From the NCBI GenBank assembly GCA_026026165.1, contig JAPEUD010000081.1, positions 62,001 through 103,044 on the forward strand: a DNA stretch of 41,044 nucleotides. Reading direction: 5' to 3'. The number at the start of each line of letters is the position of its first letter. Within the stretch, counting starts at the first letter, position 1. The notes below the pieces were generated by a model. It was not told the DNA's origin, ran no database searches, and saw only the letters and a program-made list of their open reading frames with translations. This stretch comes from Sarea resinae. Its lineage: Eukaryota. A program made the position numbers and the translations under genes. Positions 32,964 through 41,044 of the stretch are shown piece by piece.

Positions 32964-35900
32964 CTATGCGAGCTCCTTGCCGGATAGGACGGGAGAAGGC
33001 GGAGACACAATAGTCGTCGGTGTCGGTAGTGATTCTGATTCCTCTTCAGTTTTCGTCACTTCTTCCTCCTTCTTTTCTTCGCCATTCATTTCTGTCTCTT
33101 CAGGAATCGTAGCCTCCTCTTTCCCCTTTTGTTCAGTAGTAGGCGTGACTGATTCCTTCTCTGCACTTGAACCGCCTGCTGCGGCTCGCCGCCTCCTCCT
33201 GTTTTTCCTTTCGTCGTCTGCACTCTCCCTCCGTCTTCTGACCCGAAGACTGTTCTCCTTAGCCAAACCATCACCGTCTTCACCAGCTCCTCGCAGTCCT
33301 TGAAGCATGTTCGCAGCGCGGTCGGCCACGTCTTCACCCTCTGAAGTTGCCCCGTCTGCTGCCGTTCCAGTCTCGGATGTCGTGCTAGCAGGACTCAAAA
33401 GACCTGTCTCTTCAACAGTACTCTTGGTGTCTACTGGGTCGGGCATTGTTTGTCCAGAGGCAACCCGAACTTGGTGTCGATCCTTTAGCCTAGCACGACG
33501 CCGACGATCCCTCTGATCACGAGCTTGTGGTGCTGCGGCACGCAATTTCTCTAGCAACGAGTCCATGGCACCGGTCGAAGTCGGCGTAGTCTCACCAACA
33601 GTCTCGGCAGTAATGGCAGTGTGAGCATGCTTGCGGCGCATGGATGCTTCAATGCGACGACGGTTTTCCTCCAACGTGATGTTCTTTTCTTTAGATTTCT
33701 GTGTATAGTGTTAGTGTGTCAAGTTTAGAACGGGGAGATGATCGCATACCTTCCACTCGGTGACAAAGACCGCAAGCTTAGAGAAAAAGTCCCGTCGAGC
33801 ATTGTCATCCGTGTAGTCCTCGCCGTAGAATGTCATTATATCATTGTAGGTCCTAATCATCTCGTCGAGATAAATTTGTGTCTGCTCTGCCTTTCTTCTC
33901 GCATCTTTCATAGAACGTTGAACAACTTGGCTAACACGATCCTGAGGATGGAATTTTTTAGGGTCGCTGAGATTTCCAGAATCGAGGGACGATTGGACAT
34001 TCTTGATGTTGTCAATATACCTCTTGGCATCAAGCTGTAGTTGCTCTACATTGAGCTTCTGAGCGACCACAACACCGCCAATCTCATCCACAAAGCCTTC
34101 CCATTCCGGGTACTGATTGCGAACAATTCGTTCAACGAGATCGGCGAAGGTGGACTCGTTCTTATCGTCCTTGACCATTCCTAATCGGGCAAGAGAACTC
34201 AACTTGAAACCCGTGGCTTGCTTATTGGTATCGTTCATGTAGTTGCCAATATCGAGGATGAGGCCTAAAATATTCATGAGAGACACAGAGTCACGTAAAG
34301 ATTCCGAAACTCTCACGACCTCCTGAAGCTTCTCGGCAATATAATCGTAGTCGGCTTCAAAAGACCTGGTCAGTGCAAGTGCCCTCATCCGAGACTTCCA
34401 GTAATGATGAAGCTCAAACGCTGTTTGAAGATAGATTTGATCTTCCCTGGTCAAGTCCGCTGGGTCTAGCTCGCGTTCGGTTTTGGTAGCCTCAGGTCCT
34501 GTCCAGTCCTTGCTATAAGGAGCCATCAACTTGCTTGTGTTATCCGGGATGATGCAGAAGTCGTCTCTCTGTAGGAATTCCATGACCACAGGGTTGTCGA
34601 GCACTTCTCGATCACAATGAATGATCATTCGGACAACATCATCGGGGGGAGATTGCGAAAATTTTGCCATTGAAATTTCTGTATCATTTAGCCAGATGAA
34701 AATTAAGAGCTGGTGCACCTTCAACTTACGGAAGTTCCTCACAAGATCGCTGGAGATGATCTGAATTTTGTCGCCCTTCTTGCTGGTGGTCTTTCCAATC
34801 TTCTTGATCTCTTTGGCCAAGAAAAGTTTCTCAACCTCGTCGAGAACACCTTTCCGGGACAACTCGAGGTACTTCTCCTCTTTCGCTTGGTGGGTCGGCG
34901 TATGTGCTGCCCATATGGTCACCTGCGGAGTATCGACCTTGTCCCAATGCAACGCCTTGAGCTTCTTCTTTGGCCTTACGACTGGGAGGCCAACAGCTGG
35001 ACTCGAAGTGTAGGCCGGTTGCGGGAGATAGTTGCCTTTTCTTGCGCCTGGGAGCGGAGGAGCACCTGGAGGCGGAGGAGCACCCGGAGTCGGTGGCATC
35101 GGTGGAGGTGGAGGAGGCATTGAGCCACCAGCTCCAAATTTCGGCATGGGCGGGGGAGGTGGGGGGGGTGCGCCATTCATTCCAGGAGGTGCCGGTGGCC
35201 CGCCTAATGAAGGAGGAAGAGGTGGAGCAGGAGGTGGAGGGGGTGGAGGGGGCATAGAGGAGTTACCAGCAGTCGGTGGAAGGGGTGGCGCCGGAGGGGG
35301 AGAAGGACCGTCGACCTTTGCGTCGGCGTTGGGTATGATATCGTCTGCTGGTGTCTTTGGCGATTCTGATTCAAGACTCGGATGGGAGGGGCCAGTCGTG
35401 ACACCATCTCCATCTGCATCCTCGTCATCGCTGGCATCATACTTTTTGACTTTCGAAACCATCTCCCCAAGATATCCGGTGGCCTGGTTAGCGTTCATCC
35501 TTGGCCGTTTCATCTCTACCAAACGTGGCTTCTCGTAAAGAACTGCATCGTCATCGCCTCCAGCTTCGTCTTCAGCATTCTCACGTTCAGTCTCTTCGGC
35601 CAAGGCGTCCGCGGAAGCTCTGCCATGAGCCATGCTCTTGCCCCTCTTCACTACTCCGAGAGTGCTGTTACTGAAATCTCTCCGACGATCCTCCTCGGAT
35701 TCAGACCTTTGGTCCATCTCCCCGTCCATCTTCTCACGCAATTCTCGCAATTTATCGGATGGTCCAACCTGCTGCCAGACTTTTCCTTCCAGCTTGGCTT
35801 GCGTCTTTGCTCTCTCGAGTTGCATCTCCAATCGATCCATTAGCTTTTCGCGATCTAAGATACCTCTCATCTGCACTGGGTCGTGAGGAGCAAGTCCTTC

Positions 35901-38460
35901 CTGGCCTTGTTTCTTCGCAGTCGAGGCTGCAACATCTTGGGCATCACGGAGCATCAGGTAGAGCTCCCTGGTCTCAAGCTCGTTCCGTTGCAGTTCTTGT
36001 GCGCGAACCCGTTGCAAGTCGACTAATTCAGCCTTGAGGCTGTCGATCTGTCGGCTCTGAAGCTCAACAATTCCGGCCTGCTCGTCTAATTGCTTCTGCA
36101 TTTTCGCTACAACACCATCTGCTCCCAGCTCCAACTGAGCGCGCATTTCATCTCTCTCAGCGATGGCCGAGTCGGCAATTTGCCGGGATTCGATGGCCTC
36201 GTCAAGGGCTTGACGGGATTCTGAATCAGTGTGGAGCTTGTCCAGCAGACTTTGAACGGTGAAGTTGAGACTCTGCTTGAGTTCCATATCTGGAAGTCTT
36301 CTATCCATGGCCACATATCCCAGCATAGAGTCAACAAGCTGGAACATACGCAACCGATCCTCTCCTTCATTATCCCGGATGAGCAGCATATTTTGCATGG
36401 CAGATAAGAAGTAATCTTGAGATCGTTCGCCCTTGACTTTAGCCATGATAGCCGCGACAATCTGAGCAGGGTCGCTAAGGTCTTTTATCTCTCCTTCTGC
36501 GCCGTCCCTCGAGCCGGACTGATCAATAAGGTCTTCGTAATCAATAGCCTCGTTCGTTCGGTAACGCTCAATTTGTTTATCGATGGCCTCGTATTGGAAT
36601 GCCTCCATCTTGGTGAGAATCCTCTGGATTCCACATCCTGTGAAATTTGCTCGAATGTGATGTCGCAACTGCAAATCCCTCTCCGGCGCATCGACAATCA
36701 TGTTCACGAGGATCAATGTAGCCACAGCATATTCCATGAGCAGATTCTCCATGCCAACTCCACCATTCCGAACTTCTTCGCTAGCACCGACCAAGCTACC
36801 CATCTTACCCCTACCGTCGATAGTAACCTCGACAATTCGCATCCAAGCATCAAAACGGCCATTCTCGGACTGCTGGTTCTTGACGTAATCCATGGCCTGC
36901 AATACTTTCTCGTGCCCCTTGCCATCGGCCCAGTGGCATAGGAATGTCAGAACTTCGCTGACAAGTCTTCTTGTCGGCAAACGAGGGGAGGTGAGACAGG
37001 TCGTGAGCGCAATGATGACAGGCTGGTGAGCCAATGCATCATCTGCGCCGTAAGCATTGTTCATCAGAGCCTTGAGGCATTTAGCAATATCGTATTCTCT
37101 GTCAAGGTCTTTGTCGCTAGTTGTCCCACTCGCAGGCACTGGGCCTTGGCCCTGTCGACGATTGATCTTCGCCAGGACATTGGTCAAAGCAATTTGGCCT
37201 TGAGCCTCGACAAATGACTTTACCCATCTACACTAATCAGTATTCATGGATATGGAAGAGCGGAAAGGGAAAAATTCACCCTATAGGTTGCGTTCTGAGG
37301 CTGACGCTCAGACTCTGTAGCTGTTTTGGTGTGATGGTATCGTCCATAACTTTTTTGACGTACCACTCCGGGCTTCCTTCTTCTTCAGCGCGTCCCAGAA
37401 TTCCAATCGTTCCATCTGCACCCACAAGACTTTGTCTTGCGTTGTGCTTCCTTTTTTGTTCACCCTGCCATTCCTGCAACCGATCTTGGTGGACCAGCAT
37501 CCATTTCTTGGAAGTCGGATAAGCAGCCATTTGCCGCTTTGCTTGTTCAGGCATGTTTTGCCAACCGCGTTTCTGCATCAGAGCAAGGAACTCTCTCTCG
37601 ACAACAGCATCGTCATTAGGACGAGAAAGTGCAAACCCTTCTGGAGAGAATGAAGCGATAGAGTTGAATCCAGAAGGCCGTTGAGCGTAATAAGCCGCAG
37701 GCTGCTGATGATGCCGACTAAATTGTGATAACGCATTATGATGGTCTTGCTGAGGGATCGCGGTTTGAGAAGAATTGTTTGAAGAAAAGATACTGGAGCC
37801 TCGTGTGGCAGAAGAGACTGACGAGTATATACTCGCTTGATCTGTAGATGTCCGAGGGTTTGTAGAGAAGTCGGCTGTTGAGTAAGAATTGTAGTTTCCG
37901 TTGTGGGATCCATTGGTTGTGTTTACGCTCCCCGAGCTTCCATACTGTTGCAATGATGCCCCGCGATCTCCGCTCGAGCTTTTTACCATCGTTGCATTTG
38001 TAGTTCCCGGTGGAGGCCGAGGACCAGAGGGATGTGAGGAACCAAGTGATGGCGTAGGCGACGCAGTAAAGGCAGGATATTGATGGAAGTCGCCTATTCC
38101 TTTATTCAAATGGTGCGGTGAGGGCTCCTTTCGCGGAATTGCGTGTTCACCCTTGGGCAAATATTCGACCGGGATTGGTGATTTACTATCGTCTGCCAAG
38201 CTATCGTATGGGATTGCAGACATCTGCGACGGCTGCAATCCATCGAATGAGGCGACCGAAGTCTGATGCGAATGTCTCGATGATTGCGACCCCGAGTGCG
38301 TGCTGCGACCGCTCGACATCACCTCAGGAACCAAATGTCCTTCATCGCTCGAAGACCTCCGATGGCCGGCTTTCTCCTTGTGAAGCTTCCTCGAAAAGAA
38401 GGATTTGCCGCCGGATGATTGACGCGACTTGCCGTCCGCTGAGGGTGTCGGGGTGGGCAT
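32964..38460 (-). CDS. sepA: Formin SepA/Bni1; exons 38460-37280, 37227-34730, 34678-33750, 33698-32964
   Basis: GBD/FH3 (EEGSPEWYVKK, SLRTQPIGWVKSF, CLKALMNN), coiled coil, poly-Pro FH1, FH2 (RPKKKLKALHWDKV, LDIGNYMND, GFKLSSLARL) and DAD (AMDSLLEKLRAAAP..RRRARLK). Three canonical introns. Confidence 0.96.
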
Positions 38461-39473
38461 CTTGTGTCTTCATCCACTCTCTCCCGCGCCCTCCTGTCAG
38501 TCCTCCCCAGCGCTCAAAAGCTTCACGATGTCCTCTAAACCTCAGTCAAAGTGATTCCAAGCTTTCCGATCTGATCCCGTTAATAGCAACTGCATGTATC
38601 GGGCGTCGAGGGAAACGCGTTTTTGCTTCGTAATCCGCTGTTGTTGTGGCCGATCTCGAACAAAGGCGAGTTCGAATGAAGTGCACGGATGCGAGAAGGG
38701 TACAACCGTTCACAGACTCAGATCATCCAGATGCCAAGGCTGACATGGTTGAAGGAAGCCAGGTGAAGACGGATGAATGAATGAATGAATGCAGATGAGA
38801 GCAGACAGCAAACGGCAGACGGTAGACCTGCGACGGATGAGATGCGAGTGAGGTGAGTGTTGGTGTTGATGTTGGTCCTCTTCCCTCGTGGACTTGTTGT
38901 GAACTGGAGAGCTTCAAGTCACCGTTGCAGTTGCAACTGGCCGCAAATGGCAGGCGCAGGCGCCTCTACGGAGTGAGGTACAAGACACTCCGTACCTCTA
39001 CTTAGGAGCGCGCGAGTATGAGATTGATCTGCTCTCACCAATGCGAGCACTTGAGTACTGGGGAGTACATTCGCCTCTGTCACTGTCCCTTTCCCCTTCT
39101 GCCTTCTGTGTTCTTCGCCCTCGGCCCCTGAAAGGCGAGACTCTGCCATCCATCCATGACCGATCAATTGATATGGATACGGTACATAGAACGAAGGGAA
39201 GGTACAGAGCACCTCTTGGCGACTCGTATACCCGGCCACCACCATACAATTGGTGGTGCTATCGCAAACGCCATGTGCAAGCAAGCTCGTGGCTTCATGT
39301 GCAGTACGGCTACTTTACTCTATCCCTCTATTATCGCTATTATTACACGGTCATTCCACTGTCGTGAACGATGTTCGTCTGCTGAGAGATAGGGAAAGAG
39401 TTCCATGTCCACCCAGTCACTATCAAATGCCAGCTCACCCCCGCCACCGTGCGAGAATACTAGATCCAAGGCG

Positions 39474-40009
39474 ATGGCTGGCGTAGTCAGCTTCTTCAAG
39501 GTATGAACCTCCCCTCCCAACAACGGCCTAGATGCCCGTTCCTGACTGGGCTTTAGACAATCTTTCTCCCGGCCATTATCTCTCTAGCCTTCTACCTTCT
39601 CTGTACCTATGCTGTTCTCCCCTTCATCCGTCGCTACCGGCACAGATACAATCAATACCTACCGATGACCAACATCTCCGAACACACAGTATCCCTGCGG
39701 CATCGCATCTCCGATGCACTGACATCCTTTCTTCTTCCTTCATCTTGGCGCTATGGGCAAAACAATCGCAACCCTTCGAGCAGATCATACAGCGGCGTTG
39801 GTGACGAAGACAGCTTATTTGATGAAGAGGAAGGCGAAGGCATGGTCGGATTCAATGTAGACGAGAGAAGGCGCGAGGCTTTGGAACGGCGACGGAGTCA
39901 GGGCGAGCAAGACGAGAGACGCTTGAGTAGAGATTTGGAGGAGGGCTTTCGAGACGAGAGTGACGAGGAAGTGGAGGAAAATGTCAATCGTTCTCAAGTG
40001 GCAAGATGA
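39474..40009 (+). CDS. Small single-TM hypothetical protein; exons 39474-39500, 39557-40009
   Basis: MAGVVSFFK|TIFLPAIISLAFYLLCTYAVLPFIRRYRHRYNQYLP...RLSRDLEEGFRDESDEE. Intron 39501-39556 is GTATGA..CTGAC..TAG and in frame. Confidence 0.78.
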
Positions 40010-40978
40010 CCCGGAACGGAAGCTACATCGTGGGAGAGTCGGACTACTTGGGATTGGATAAACCACCAGGTCGTGACTCTTCAGGTTGTCGACTTCGAGA
40101 GGCTGCTTTCTGCATACGCTCTCCTCTCTAGAGTTTTTCTTTTTCGTGACGTTTATGAGCATTCGCATTCCACCGAATTGGGTCCTTATGTCATCGCATA
40201 GCATGCAAGCGCCTCCATCTTTGCCTCATGTTTCTTCAAATGTATTCTCAGGACAAAGGCGTGATACATGACCTTGTAATTTCGATTTCAGTGCGGAGTT
40301 GACCAAGGGGCTGTGTCCGTTGGCAGTCATAAGGCTGAGCATGAGGTATCGCTCAATGACGCATATTATACCTCGTTTCATTCCCGCAACAAGGCTTCCG
40401 ATGAATTCCAACTCCAGCCCGATTAAGCATTCTCAAAGAAGGCCACACGAGCACATCCATTTCCCATCGAAGATCAATGATACGGCCTTAAAAGATCGCC
40501 TTCCTCGAGGAAATCCCGCATCGTCATTACCGTGTAACCTGCATGTAGGCTTTCTAGCGCCTCGAGCTAGAATCTCCTAATCCATCCAAAAGGATTCTGG
40601 AATCTTGTCGATAGTGAGGCGTTTCGCACCTTCATCTCGATGAGTTCAGAGCGTGCACTGCACGACTCAGCCTCATAACCCGTATGTTCGAGTAGAGTAA
40701 CGTCAAGGCATTTCAGATGAGACGCGACCAGAGGGACGATCTACCGAGATCACAACGGAATGCTGTCTGCCTGAGTAGTGGGTAGGCGACGATATGATTG
40801 TTGCAGAAGTCTCGAGAATCTACAGATGTCATCATCCATGGATGCCTGGGGCCCCTCGGCCCTCAGGCTCGCACTTGCCCGTTTAGTTTATGGTGTAACG
40901 CGCGCTCTCGTAGACGTACGAAGTAGGGATTCGCCGCGACAAATTGACGGTCCCCCCCCGGTCCGCCCCCAGCCCCCT

Positions 40979-41005
40979 CCGGGTAACCCCTGAAGCCCAC
41001 GTGAC
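40979..41005. promoter_or_regulatory. Reb1-like (CCGGGTAA) and Cbf1/bHLH-like (GTCACGTG) motifs; probable promoter of a gene beyond the window
   Basis: CCGGGTAA at 40979-40986 and CACGTGAC at 40998-41005 within a GC-rich patch. Confidence 0.35.
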
Positions 41006-41044
41006 CCTCGGCCGAAATTCCTCGGGGTAATACGACCTGGGCCG

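Noticed and set aside
35032..35538. Gly-rich 168-aa plus-strand ORF
   Set aside because: Antisense of the formin poly-proline FH1 domain.

Overview
Eukaryotic DNA from a filamentous ascomycete (Pezizomycotina; short GT-AG introns with CTRAY branch sites; finer taxonomy cannot be fixed from sequence alone). I read 12 intact intron-aware gene models: the 3' part of a NEO1-type P4-ATPase flippase, a DUF2011-like protein, SER1 and LYS4 (head-to-head), a secreted GH43, SEC16 and HUS1 (tail-to-tail across a microsatellite- and TpA-rich patch), an orphan gene, a small Gly-rich protein, a fungal membrane protein, an Fe(II)/2OG dioxygenase, and the formin SepA/Bni1. A small single-TM protein near the end makes a thirteenth, less certain model. 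The most unusual element is a frameshifted relic at about 3.0-3.5 kb of an AbiEii/DUF1814-like nucleotidyltransferase, lying in a TpA-rich spacer. Other points of interest are a CAG-TAG tandem acceptor in LYS4 whose proximal use inserts a stop, Gcn4/CpcA-type sites in the shared SER1/LYS4 promoter, a 13-nt HUS1 micro-exon containing an internal AG|GT, and a GATA cluster with an exact ATCTGATAA upstream of the dioxygenase. I found no tRNA, rRNA, CRISPR array or intact transposon, and I cannot demonstrate a complete new system from sequence alone. All family calls are by motif recognition, not database search.
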